Shown: piece by piece, positions 23,946 through 35,789 of the stretch
Position numbering within the stretch: position 1 is the first letter of the stretch
Layout of the letters: each line of letters starts with the position of its first letter
Source of the DNA: Microthyrium microscopicum
Taxonomy: Eukaryota
DNA: 64,000 nt
Assembly (NCBI GenBank): GCA_010405405.1
Contig: MU004241.1
Coordinates: 62,001-126,000 of the forward strand
Direction of reading: 5' to 3'
Notes under the pieces: model-generated
What the model was told of the DNA's origin: nothing
Seen by the model: only the letters and a program-made list of their open reading frames with translations
The model's database searches: none
Position numbers and translations under genes: made by a program

Positions 23946-26540
23946 ATGGCATCAAACACCTCACATCGCTCCGCGTCATACCAAGATCGAAAAACATCAT
24001 CTACCCATCCGCGCAAGATGGCTGCCTCAAATTCAGAGAGGAGGACTGAGAGAAACACTATTCACACAAGAGAGACTTTTACAGTGCGAACCAGGAGCCC
24101 GGTGAAACTTTCGAGAGATCAGCATGCGGGGAATAAGAGAACTCGCGATGGAGAAAAAGTCACTCCAATACCAGAAGAGAGGCCCAAGAAACCTTCGGAA
24201 CCTAAACCATGGAATCCGCAAGCATCAATAATACAGCATACCACAGCGCCATTAGCTTCAAGGATCTCTGTGCCGCCTTTGGCTTCGTCAGCACCGCAAC
24301 CACTACAGCCTCAGCCGCTGAATCAGCTTTCCTTGGAGCAGCAGGAGAAGGCCATCATTGAAGACCTACTATTCGTGTTTATGGGATTCGAGGGGCAGTA
24401 TGTTCGTTATATGGACTCGTATGATCCATTGGAGGAGAAAGAGCGGCTGGTTGGACCAAGTTACCGGATCTTACTGGGTCTGGATCCGAGCTTGAGAGAT
24501 CTCACGACATCGATGCTGAAAATGGCTTCACATTACACCGCAGTGGACACTTTCATTGAGGTGCAAAGTCGAGGCGAATATGGAGCTGTCAGCCATGCGC
24601 TTTGTGCGGCCATCCGGAAGCTGCTCCAAGAGTATCTGATTCTCATGGCTCAACTAGAACATCAAATGCTCACCAATCCCGATTTCACACTGCATGTGTT
24701 AAATCTGCAGATCAAGCCGACAAGCCACATGCTTTTTCAATTGTACAACCTGGCGATAGAGCTTCTAAAAGCAAATGGCGTTCTGGTAGATGACTCGGAT
24801 GATTCCATGGAGTCGGACAGTGATGATGACTTTCCAAAAAGTCTTCTCGGTGGCAGTAATAAGAAAGTCTGCAAAGGTGGCAGTGTTCTTGGACTCATTA
24901 CCAAGCGTTTGGCAGCCATGGCTGGAGATCCGTCTGCTCGGTCATTACTCACAACTCTACTTCGGGAAGCCAGTAGACCTTATATGACCATGCTCAACGA
25001 ATGGCTTCATCACGGCGGTATCAAAGATCCACACGGAGAGTTCCTGATCAAAGAAGTCAAAAGCATCAAACGCGAAGAGTTGGACGAGGATTATACGAAT
25101 CGGTATTGGGAACAGCGATACACAATTTCAGAAAGTGTTGTCCCGCCTCAACTGGAAGGACTGAAAGACAAAGTGCTTCTAGCCGGAAAATATCTCAACG
25201 TTGTCCGTGAATGCGGAGGCGTAGATATCAGCAAAGAAGTGCGAGACGTGCCAACCAAATTCGACGATCCAAGGTTTTTAGAAAACGTCAATAATGCTTA
25301 TGCCTATGCCAACTCATCCCTCCTCACTTTACTACTTACGACTCATGCCCTTCCTGCACGCTTACGATCATTAAAGCATTACTATTTCCTGGATAGATCG
25401 GACTTTTTCACCTACTTCCTAGAGCTGGGTACCTCGGAATTGAAGAAAGTATCCCGAGAAGTCAATGTGCCGAAATTACAGTCTCTACTCGACATCGTTC
25501 TTCGACAGCCTGGCAGTGTTGCCGCTGACGATCCTTACAAGGAGGATGTCAAAGTGGTCATGGATAAGAACAGTCTAACGGATTGGTTGATGAAAATCGT
25601 CAATGTTACTGGCCTTGACCAAGACGCCTCAACAGGCGCCATCTCAGAATATACCCCACAAACTTCAAACGATCCTGATTCCAAAATCAACGGCTTCGAG
25701 GCACTAGTGCTGGACTACATTGTTCCCTTCCCGCTCTCACTGTTCGTTAGCCGTGTTACACTCACCCGGTATCAACTCCTCTTCCGATACCTCCTCTCTC
25801 TCCGACACCTCGAGGCGGCCCTGATCACTTCCTGGACCGATCACAGCAAAGGTATTGCATGGCGACATCGAAGCTCTAATCCACGGATAGAACGAGCAAA
25901 ACGAAGAGCATGGACGCTTCGAGCCCGAATGCTTGTCTTTGTACAACAGCTGGTCTACTACTCTACAGCAGAAGTCATCGAGCCAAACTGGCAAGCCCTG
26001 ATGACTCGACTGAAAATGAGCGAAAAGAAAGCTGAAGGCGAGACGGAATCAACTGAAACCCCAGGAGCTAATCGCACTGTGGACGAGTTGATGCAAGATC
26101 ATGTTGATTTTCTAGCCACTTGTCTGAAGGAATGTATGCTAACCAATGCGAAACTCCTCAAGGTATGCTCACTATTCCCATTTCCCATTTTCCACAGTCC
26201 ACACAATCTGCAATTGCGATCGTACTAACAGTACTAAAAGATCAATGCCCGTATTCTTTCGACATGTCGTCAGTACGCGTCATTTACCACATCCTTTGGC
26301 CGGTATATCCAGGCGGGTGATCCAGATCTGAGTGACAAACAGCCCAACGCATCAACGCAGCAGGCTGCGTACGATCCTGCGAAGCTGGACAAGTTAGACG
26401 ATGCGCTGGGGATGTTTGAGGTGAACTTTTCGAGACATTTGAAGATTTTGCTGGATACGCTCAACTATCTGGCGGCGACAGAAACAGTTGTGTTTTTGAG
26501 CCTGTGCGCCCGGTTGAGTAACGCTGGTGAAGGAGGCTAG
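23946..26540 (+). CDS. SPC97: Gamma-tubulin complex component GCP2 (Spc97/Alp4); intron 26163..26240
   Basis: IIEDLLFVFMGFEGQY, DPHGEFLI, KVLLAGKYLNVVRECG, LRSLKHYYFLDRSDF, YQLLFRYLL, EVIEPNW, CLKECMLTN. Confidence 0.92.
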
Positions 26541-26590
26541 CCAATGCTGGACTAAGATATCCTCACTTCAAATGAGGGACCCTCTTTGAT

Positions 26591-29014
26591 CTACAGCTCT
26601 GGAAAAATCAAAAAGCAGAATTTCTGTATCTGGCCATGATCGGGATACTGTTCCGCTTTCTTAATACAACAACGATAACATTCCTTTCTGACTATGAACG
26701 TGACGAACTGAGTCATTTCTATAGTGGATGCAACAACAGTCAGCAGATCGGCTCGCTGACGACAATCTACAAAATAGATATAGGTATGCACTTGCGGATT
26801 TGACTGATTCGGGTAGCGTATCGGCTTGAGCTCGCGTAGCGCGGCTTCCATGAGAGCTGTATTGATCTGCTTTCCACACTCAGCAGGAGTCGGGTCACAC
26901 AATTGGCTCGACCCACAGCGGACGAGACCACTACGAGCTGCTATCTGTCCCATCAACTGTGATGGCCCAATGTATGCACCAAGCGCGTTCTGGCGTCTCT
27001 CCTTGTCCATCAACAGTAGATCGCACATTCTATTATCTCGTAGCCGAAGTCTGATTTCCCAAACTTCTTCATTCTTCTTCGGTGTGATCGGCTGGCAGAC
27101 CAGAAATTTACTCCCATCACGTTTGATCGTCGGATCGAGAGCGTGTAATGGGTCAGTAATTCTTGAGGCACAAGATGGGGCGGCAATGAAACCAGGAATA
27201 ACATGCGCGCGGAAAATGTTCGTCCTTTTCTCATAAGATGTCTCAAGAAACACTGTTATTCCTTTGCAGGACAATGCGCAGATATTCTTAGAACTTGGGT
27301 CATCGACGAGTTCACCCGAGAACAGAGTAAGTATGTTCTTCAGGATAACATCGCACTTGTTGAAGTCGCGGAGTCGAGATTCATCCCAATCAAGACACAT
27401 GACAATCGGCCCTAGTTTCTTTTCCTCTTCTGTCGTCGGAGATCTTGCCCATGATCTAGCCTGAAATTGACGCCTGTACGCCAACATCAGTCCGCTCCTT
27501 CGCGGAAGAATTCGCTCATGAAGAGTCACGGCTGCCAAGGATCGAGAGACACAAATGATAGTCTCCACGATAAGAACAAGACAGAACCTGTTCTCGTCTA
27601 CGATCGATCTTGATCCTACCGATCCCCATGCCCTTCCACTACATATCTCCTTAATCGAGGTAACCTTGTGCTCTCCTGGCTTATGACCACATCTCGTGCA
27701 CAGACAACTTTTCCTCAACGAGATCATGCTTGCGGTGTAATGCTCCAGTGCAGAGGTCAAACTGGACTGACGGACAAGCAACATCTGATCTTTCATCGCT
27801 GTGAGCTCTGGAAACCAGCGTATCGTGTTCTGAACCAGATCGAGACCGTAGGAAGAACGACAAAAAAAGGCATTTCCTTGACTCCAGGACTCGGGCAGCG
27901 CAGGATCTGCTTCAACTAAGCACTGAAAGATTATGCTCGCACTCCCAATTGCAGTTCCAACCTCCCGCGGGCATTTTAGTAAGTCTTGAAAGGAACCTGC
28001 GAACGTCATTGCCAATATATCCTCCCATTTCAGACGACCAGCAACGACCATAGACTCTGATGTGTACCCTTCCCTTTGGTAGCGCTCTGACGCGTCACGA
28101 CTCCTTTTACAGGCCCGGCCATGATCGATCGTAATCAGTACTTGCGGGTTCCCAGGTACCACGGTCTGAGATATGATGCTTCCATTGTTGCGCAGGCTAA
28201 AGCCAACCGTCAACGCAAGAAAAAATTGCGCAAAAGCTCCGAGCCATGCTATGTCATTACCGCCTTCAATCATCAGAGGTTTAGGCCCTTTCCCAGTCCT
28301 CGCCAGCTTGTGTAGAGCTTCTGCAATGACATGTGGATCTGTGAAATTGCGAAACTTATTGAAGGAGGGACCTATTCGAGATTGAACTGGCTCGAAACTC
28401 AGCTGTGTATGAGTTGTGGGCGTTGCCGTTGGCCCCAATGTGGTGTTTAGGATGTGGCCTGACATGTACTGCTCGGCCAGTACTGAGAATCCTGACGCAG
28501 CCAGAATACCAGCACAGGCCTTGAGAAACCGTTTCCATTCTTCAAGTTTGTCAGCCAACATCATCGTTGGGGCTGATATGAGGTAAAATGCGACAATGAT
28601 CTGGACAGCTATGTCCTCAGAATAAAGCTCCATCAGAGCAGCGCCAAGCGCTACCATCAATCGCCCTTCATCGTTCCGAACTATCTCACGCAGGCTCGGA
28701 TAACCGGTAGTGTCGCTTTCGCTACTAAAAGCGTACCCAAAAGATGCAGGAAATTCCGGAACCGCAACTGTTTTCAGTCCTTCTATCGTTTCATCAATAT
28801 ACTTTCTTCCCAAGTCGCTGAGTTTGAACCGTTTGAACCGTTGGGGACCGACCAGTCCGATCAGGGGATGAATTCCTACCGAGTCCCATGCCATAAGCGT
28901 CTCCACAGGAAGCACCGCTACCTGAGTTTTGTCTAGTTCCTGCTCCAATTCCGTCCTCTCTGAAGAGCTGGCAGTGGACAGATCACCTTTTTTAGCAAGA
29001 TAAGCATGAGCCAT
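26591..29014 (-). CDS. Uncharacterised ~807-aa fungal protein with CxCxxC and ECxxCC motifs; tandem paralog A
   Basis: Long intronless ORF (first ATG at 29014) with colinear similarity to 29489..31933. Confidence 0.85.
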   Translation of the reverse strand: MAHAYLAKKGDLSTASSSERTELEQELDKTQVAVLPVETLMAWDSVGIHPLIGLVGPQRFKRFKLSDLGRKYIDETIEGLKTVAVPEFPASFGYAFSSESDTTGYPSLREIVRNDEGRLMVALGAALMELYSEDIAVQIIVAFYLISAPTMMLADKLEEWKRFLKACAGILAASGFSVLAEQYMSGHILNTTLGPTATPTTHTQLSFEPVQSRIGPSFNKFRNFTDPHVIAEALHKLARTGKGPKPLMIEGGNDIAWLGAFAQFFLALTVGFSLRNNGSIISQTVVPGNPQVLITIDHGRACKRSRDASERYQREGYTSESMVVAGRLKWEDILAMTFAGSFQDLLKCPREVGTAIGSASIIFQCLVEADPALPESWSQGNAFFCRSSYGLDLVQNTIRWFPELTAMKDQMLLVRQSSLTSALEHYTASMISLRKSCLCTRCGHKPGEHKVTSIKEICSGRAWGSVGSRSIVDENRFCLVLIVETIICVSRSLAAVTLHERILPRRSGLMLAYRRQFQARSWARSPTTEEEKKLGPIVMCLDWDESRLRDFNKCDVILKNILTLFSGELVDDPSSKNICALSCKGITVFLETSYEKRTNIFRAHVIPGFIAAPSCASRITDPLHALDPTIKRDGSKFLVCQPITPKKNEEVWEIRLRLRDNRMCDLLLMDKERRQNALGAYIGPSQLMGQIAARSGLVRCGSSQLCDPTPAECGKQINTALMEAALRELKPIRYPNQSNPQVHTYIYFVDCRQRADLLTVVASTIEMTQFVTFIVRKECYRCCIKKAEQYPDHGQIQKFCFLIFPEL

Positions 29015-29488
29015 GACAGCAAATCTGCTTGGCTGTGTCGACACCTTGTTTTGATAGTCCTGTTGTGTTGATGCTTAAATACTAAGTCTGGCGTCAATAA
29101 GATGGCGAGAAGACGTCCAATACAGCAGCAGTTCGACTTAGCTTGCATGGCCTTTTATACTTGGACTTGTTCACTATTTTGTCAGCCAGAATATTCATGA
29201 CCAGACTATTTGTATTGTAGATGCTTGCATGACTTTTGATTACCATTTGCTCATAACTGTTTTACTTTGGCATTCACCGCTGTCACGCACTCATCGGCAG
29301 ATAATGAATTGATATGTCCCAGATAAAAAACTGATACGTAAATACATCAATCCACAATCAACTTGATTCCCATCCTGTACTCAAATGCTTTGCCTCGGAA
29401 AATTTCTATGCCAGATATCGTACTCTAGAGTACATCAAGAATTCATTGTTATCAACACATACTGTTTGATCAGAATCAGACGGGCTAA

Positions 29489-31933
29489 TCAGCGAGGAAA
29501 CAAAAGGAAGCAATATTTCTTGCGCTCCTTATTCGATACAGCTGTATTCAAACAACAAGTAAGGCACTCTTTCCTTACAATGAAGACTGCAAATTCGGGT
29601 GACATTTCTATTGTCGATACGACAACGGATATTGGATCAGGCCGATTCCTACAATCTACGAGATAAATTGTCTGGGCTTGGTGTTCCAAGGGAGTCATGT
29701 TGTCAACTGCAGCATTTATATCGTCAGAATTGAACCACGCACTTTTGCCACAGGCATCAGAATCCTCGGCCGCGGCCTTGCAATGAATTAAACCTGTGCA
29801 GCATGCTATCTGCTTGGTCAAAAGTGACGGGCCAACATACACTTCGCCAATGTCACCCCGTCTCTTACTCCAGGCTCGCAGCTGGGTTTGAGTCTGAATA
29901 CTACTGTCTGCCGCATGCCATGCTCCAAAATGAGTTTTTGGGTCGAATGCCGTAATTTGGAAGTCAGGATTTTGCGGATGGGCGATAGGACGGTAGAAGT
30001 CGGCGATTTTGAGGAATGCTCTTGAAGCTCCATACGGGTCCGAAGCTGACAGAATTTGCCCTGGAATAACGTGTATGTACACGCCGAATGGGATCTTAGA
30101 GGTTTTAATGATACTCAAATATGCCGTAATGCCATTCGAATTCATAGCGGAGATGTTGGGAAGAGAATCCTTGTCCTCCACCCTTCCTGAAAATAGAGCC
30201 AGGATATTCTTCAACTGAATATCCACGGGGTTATGTTTCAAGACCTCCTCTGGAAGTGTGACCACACTCTCGAGATTAAGACAAAAGATAATCGGACCCA
30301 AGAATTGCCAAGAAAGTATGTCCCTCAATGCGATATTATGTCTTCTGGTGGATGCCTGTCTCCAGTAGGCGAGTTCGAATCCAATCCTACGGGGCAATAG
30401 CCGTCTGTCCTCCCTTACCAGACCACTCATCGCCCGCCAGAGGCAGATGATTGTTTCCATAACGAGCAGCAAGCAGAATCTTTTCGGATCATGTTCGATC
30501 AGCGGCCCCTTAGGACCAAGATTGGGGCTATCTGCATACGTTGATCCTTTATGCTGCTTACACCTATCACATCCGCAACGTTTACTAATCTGCTGTACGG
30601 CACTGGCATACAGATGAAAGGCCATTGACAAGGAGTATGTACTTGCCACCTCCATGTGTGGCTTGATAGCAGAAAGCTCGGGAAACACCTCAGTAACTCG
30701 TTTAACCATGTCGCTCCCATAGGCACTGGTTTCCAAAAAAGTATTTGCGCGCTTATACTGAATCTCAAATGTATCATGGCCCTCAGCTAAAGCCTGAAAG
30801 ACTTTTGCGGCATATCCGATTGCCTCGCCAAATATCTTAGGAACCTTCATTAAGTCTTGAAATGCCCCTGGGAACGATAATGATAATGCATTTTTCCATT
30901 CTACGCGACCCGATATGGCCATTGAGTACAATGATAAGCCAGTGAATCCCATGCGCTCGAGTTGATGTTCAACGTTGTCTATCATCACTGTATCTGCGGT
31001 CTGTTCTTCGGTGATAGGTGTGCGGCCAGTCTTGTTCGTGTTCACGACAATTCGAATTTGCACATGCTCCGAGGGGGTCTGACATATTAACTTTGCTTCC
31101 TCATACAGCACAAGTTGGACATTCAGACTGAAGAAGCACTCCGCAAAGGCTTTGAGCCACGCTATATCATCTCTACCATGGATCTCCAGAATGTTATTGT
31201 TTTCAGTAGTGGACATAGGTACAGCCGCCAATTTTCTTAATGCGAGCGCAATGTGTGATGGCTCCGAACAGCCTCGAAAGCTTCCTGTGCTCCTCCTCGT
31301 TGACTGAAACGCTCCCAACTGGTTTTTATTGACATAATTTGTGTCAGGCTGCCACTCTACTGTCGGTGTGCAATTTGGAAACGACATGTACTGCTCAGCA
31401 AGACAGGGAAAACTCGTTGTCGCCAAATAACCGGAGCATGCTTCCAAGAAGCGTCGCCATGAGGAGCTATTTGGCGAGATCACCTGTGATATGGATTCTG
31501 ACTCGCAGAGGCTTGACATTATTTGTGTAGCCATATCCAGAGAGTAGCACTCCATCAGGGAAGCACAGACAGCAATGAAAATACTGCCTGCGTCGCTGAA
31601 GGCTATCATGCGAATGATATCTGGAGCCCCAAAGCCGTCAACTGTCGTGAAGCCAAAACTCATCCCGGATCCAGCATCAATGCAGGCTAGATTTGCCAGA
31701 GCATGATCCAGATACTGCTTTCCTTCTGGGCTAAGTTTGAAGTGTATGAACAGTCTTGGACCCAGAATGGCAATCAGGGGATCAACGCCAGCTGTGGTAC
31801 AAGCTGCCAGCATCTTCGCAGGAACAAACAGATTTGCCTTCTGTATTCGATCGCTATGCCATAAAATGGTTTCCTCTACTGCGTGGTGCATTACTATACT
31901 GGCATCATCATCAATGAAGGTCGCTGAAGCCAT
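29489..31933 (-). CDS. Uncharacterised 814-aa fungal protein with CxCxxC and ECxxCC motifs; tandem paralog B
   Basis: Intronless ORF sharing FKLS, LAEQYMS, DIAWL, RFCL..ETIIC, LPRR.G and FIVRKEC..CC with paralog A. Confidence 0.85.
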   Translation of the reverse strand: MASATFIDDDASIVMHHAVEETILWHSDRIQKANLFVPAKMLAACTTAGVDPLIAILGPRLFIHFKLSPEGKQYLDHALANLACIDAGSGMSFGFTTVDGFGAPDIIRMIAFSDAGSIFIAVCASLMECYSLDMATQIMSSLCESESISQVISPNSSSWRRFLEACSGYLATTSFPCLAEQYMSFPNCTPTVEWQPDTNYVNKNQLGAFQSTRRSTGSFRGCSEPSHIALALRKLAAVPMSTTENNNILEIHGRDDIAWLKAFAECFFSLNVQLVLYEEAKLICQTPSEHVQIRIVVNTNKTGRTPITEEQTADTVMIDNVEHQLERMGFTGLSLYSMAISGRVEWKNALSLSFPGAFQDLMKVPKIFGEAIGYAAKVFQALAEGHDTFEIQYKRANTFLETSAYGSDMVKRVTEVFPELSAIKPHMEVASTYSLSMAFHLYASAVQQISKRCGCDRCKQHKGSTYADSPNLGPKGPLIEHDPKRFCLLLVMETIICLWRAMSGLVREDRRLLPRRIGFELAYWRQASTRRHNIALRDILSWQFLGPIIFCLNLESVVTLPEEVLKHNPVDIQLKNILALFSGRVEDKDSLPNISAMNSNGITAYLSIIKTSKIPFGVYIHVIPGQILSASDPYGASRAFLKIADFYRPIAHPQNPDFQITAFDPKTHFGAWHAADSSIQTQTQLRAWSKRRGDIGEVYVGPSLLTKQIACCTGLIHCKAAAEDSDACGKSAWFNSDDINAAVDNMTPLEHQAQTIYLVDCRNRPDPISVVVSTIEMSPEFAVFIVRKECLTCCLNTAVSNKERKKYCFLLFPR

Positions 31934-32493
31934 GCCTTATGTGAATGGGGCAAAGGTGGTCCAGTTAGAACAATGCGGATCTTGCTGGCACGCAAATTTT
32001 TTGAACTTTTCTTAGTCTTGGTATGGTGAGTTGTTCCAAGACAGTGATTACTGTAAAGATTGGCATGGGAGAAAGATGTACCGAGAGATCGATTCGAAAA
32101 CGAGCACTTTTAGCCATCAGAGCTTTAAATAGCCCTTGGGCAATTTCAATAACTCGAAATGAGTTTGAGCGCTGGTGGGAATATCAAACGAGTTGTGCAG
32201 CAAGTCGTCTTCGGTTTGCGTTAGCATTGCTATGGTCATTTGTTGTGCAAGGAATTCCATTTGCACGCGGACGGCTTTTATCTAGAATACGATCCTTCAG
32301 ATTCCAGAATTCCATTGATGATTGTATCAAAATCTCAGATTACAGCATGAAGGATGTGGTAGATCACACAAGAAATTTTGGTGTTACAGCTTTATCAAAA
32401 GCTTCTTGGCTTCCTACACAGGCTACATTAAATGATACTAGGCTAGGTGGCTCCAAGTGAGGCAGCTTATTCGGTCTCTAATGCAAGACGTGT

Positions 32494-33777
32494 TCACTTG
32501 CGGATCAAATCGACTCTCTTCGTGATCTCTATCATCATCCTGCACTTGAATTGAACAAGGCTTTCTTCATCTAGTTTCAAGCTGTGGTCGTCGAGCAAAG
32601 TTGAGGGCATGCTTTCGGTCTGTTCCCCATCGTATGCGACGTAATAACAACTTTTTTCAATTCTGGTATCGAGTTGCTCGATAAGACACCTCTGCGCTTC
32701 AACCCACTTTATAGTGTACCCGGGTAGAAAATTGGAATCTCTTTCGTAGCATGAGTTCATCTGCTCTATCAAGGGTAGTAAAGACAGCTTATGCTCGACC
32801 ACTGCTCGAGGAAGTCCAGTATTCGATAGATCATGTTCGATCTGAGAGAGATCTTGATTACAGTAGAATCCCATGCTCCGTGCAAGTGTTGCGTATGGCC
32901 TTGGTAGTATGTTGGGCCTGGGCAAGAAATCATCCGGGTTCAAGCTCAACTTGATAAGAGTTTTCAGAAACCCTCCGAAGGAGTATATTATAGAACGAGA
33001 GGGATTGGAAAGCCCATGGCCCGGCTCCGCTGTGTAACATGTTGTTTTTACTTGTCCTGGATCGACATCCCAAAGCTTAGGCAAATTTCTATTGCCAGTG
33101 ACAGTCTTACAAGCATCTCGAAGAGTATCGAAAATCGCCTGATACATTGCTGGGTCTCGTTGCATTCGCCTTAGGTAATAACTTGGATGGTAACTTTGAA
33201 TAATCTTTGGCGAGCAATTCAACTTTTTTCGTCGATCAACCACCTGCTTCGCAACCTGTAATTACTTTAGAGAGGACTCTCTGATCATGGAGCTTTGACT
33301 TCATACTGTACCCATCAGTAGCAGAACATCCGGACGCTTTGCATCAATAGCCTGAAAAACAAGGTATTTTAATTGATGCCACTGCTGTTCGTTAAGCTTG
33401 TCAATCTCTTCATTGAAAAATGGTCTTGCGTCCAAAACCGATACTCCACATGTCAAGCTGAGACCGGATATATTTGAAAGGCCTTCGTCCAGTATGCTCA
33501 AGGTGGGACAATCTGATATGACTGCCTGGATGCCTTTAACCCACGGGTGAGATTTTCGCGGCTCTTGCAGTATGATCATAAGCCCTCCATAAGTGAATGG
33601 TTCAGCTAGCTCTCTTGTGACACAGAGTTCTCCAGGGAAGAAGTCTGCGGCTCGTGTCTTGTCGGCAAAGGCAACAATTTCATTATATTTGGCCTCGTAG
33701 ACGTGGGAGTGATTTTCAGTTAGCGAGTTATCGTAAAGATCCAAGGCAGCAAACTTCGTGGCAAGGGTCTCGTCCAT
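32494..33777 (-). CDS. Uracil-DNA glycosylase-like superfamily protein with C-terminal extension; intron 33256..33306
   Basis: In-frame splice (GTATGA..TACAG) gives IILQEP..DARPF..RPDVLLLMGTVAK..QSYHPSY, which follows UDG-fold motif order. Confidence 0.65.
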
Positions 33778-34484
33778 ATCTAAGGTAGGTACCTAGGGAG
33801 CGCTTACGCAATATTCTTCGACGAGTCGTCTTGTATAGAGATTGTCGTTGGGATTTCTATTGATGAAGATTACAAAGTAGATTTCAAGAACTTCTACAAA
33901 ATGCCCGAGAAAAAGCGATATGAAAGGTCAATGAGAAGGCTGAGCTAGGCTTCAGCTATGAGCTATCCATATTGACCGGAACCAGAGCCCGACTGTATGG
34001 CGGCGAGGCTGAGGCCCTGGCACCCCAACTCTATGATTGGAGGATGACCGTGGATTTTGGCCGAATACATTCTGACATTTGTATCTTGGGCCTTTCGCGT
34101 ACTTTGAGACCTATAAGCTTGAATGCATCAAGAACACTTTGAAGGTTTTGTAGAGCACATACCTAAGCTATCGTACCCTGTTGACGTTTAGTAAGTCATG
34201 AGGTATTGAATCAACGAAAAGATCTTTTGTACTACATACTTCTCTACTACTAACAGGTAGTACTCTACCTACATGTCAGCACAACAGCGAGCAGCCTAGT
34301 GCTGCCTACTGCTATTCTCTAGCATCTACAGGGATCATTGCTTCATAAATTACGTCCTACAAGGGTCAGCCATATATGAAAGCTAATTCATCTTCCTCAA
34401 TCTTCAACGTACGCTCACTTTCCATCTTGACATATACAGCGTTATCTTCTCGTTTTGAATTTCTAACACCAACTGTTGCACAAA

Positions 34485-35340
34485 ATGTCAGACAAAGTCA
34501 TAGATTGGGACGTCATTACAAAGCAATACCCAGGCCTTGCGACAACAATCAAAACAGGGAAAGAGGTAAGCCTTCCAGACAATGCCATAGCCCAGCAATT
34601 GATTCCTCTCTAGTCCCATGATGGCCGTGAAGAAGGTTTACTAGCATTTATTGAATCGCACCAGCAATTGGACGAAATCAAAGGCTCTCCAGAAAAGATG
34701 CTGGCTACCATGGACGAATACTCAAGAAACACAGATTTTCTGATTTCCATTGGCCCACACAAATCTGGGGTACTGGTGGACTTGCTTGAAAAGGAGGAAC
34801 CAAAGGTCATTGTTGAGCTAGGAGGCTATTTGGGATATTCGGCCATCCTATTTGCCAACACGCTGCGTGAAATGCACGGCGCAGATGCTGAATTCCACGT
34901 GTGGAGTCTGGAATTGGACCCGAAATTTGCATCCATTGCAGACAAGCTAATTGAAATTGCCGGACTGAGCAAATACATCTCAGTGGTTGTTGGACCTGCC
35001 GAGGAGAACTTGAAAAAGCTTCTGGATAAAAGTGATATCTCGAAGATTGATTTGCTGTTTCTAGATCATGTGGAGAAGTTATATCAGGAACATTTTGAGT
35101 TGTGTCGGTCACTGGGCTTGTTCAAAGAAGGCACTGTGATTGCGGCGGACAATGTGGTCCGCCCAGGCGCACCAGAATATCGTACGTTTGTTAGGGCGGA
35201 TCCGAGCCTTTCCAGTATTGGAATTGAGGGCTTGATTCAGCCTGGTGATCTTTATGTGAGTATGCCTAAGCTGTGCTATTGTTATCGCGACTAATGCCCC
35301 GTAGGATGAGATTGAGATTACACACGTCCAATCTGTTTGA
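34485..35340 (+). CDS. Catechol O-methyltransferase-like SAM-dependent methyltransferase; introns 34566..34613 and 35256..35304
   Basis: HDGRE, ISIGPHK, VELGGYLGYSAI, SLELDP, LFLDH, IAADNVVRPGAPEY. Confidence 0.9.
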
Positions 35341-35789
35341 AATTAAATGAATGCAGTGTCTGTGACCAATTGACTTAGGCTGGCAGAAGTCAAAAGATAC
35401 CTTTAGTGAAGAATAGAAATTGCTGCGTGCTATCGTGGACTATGTGAGTGGTCAAGATATGTGATGCTGCTTTGAACTTGTGGTTCATAACTGGCGCTAC
35501 CGAGTGAGAATTATTTGCCACAAAGCTTAAACTGCATACGATGAAGCTTCCACTCTCAGATTCAGTATATGGGTCATAGGATATTGTCGAATTGAGAGAC
35601 ATGAAGCCATAAGGCTGAACAAGGCTACGCTAGCAAAGCCAGCCCCTTTAAAGCAACCATAACCCCACATATCAACCTCCCCTCTACCAAGGTTCAGACT
35701 CTCCACCAAATTTTTTATTATCCCTTCCACTACACTCACCAACCCCACAACTCTCCCTCCAACCACTATAAACACACCTCGCCGACGAA

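Noticed and set aside
26591..31933. Spok-like meiotic driver or NLR identity for the large paralogs
   Set aside because: No recognisable kinase, PD-(D/E)xK nuclease, P-loop or repeat-domain motifs
32023..32460. 145-aa + strand ORF inside the island
   Set aside because: No recognisable motifs; it lies in the promoter/terminator interval between two minus-strand genes
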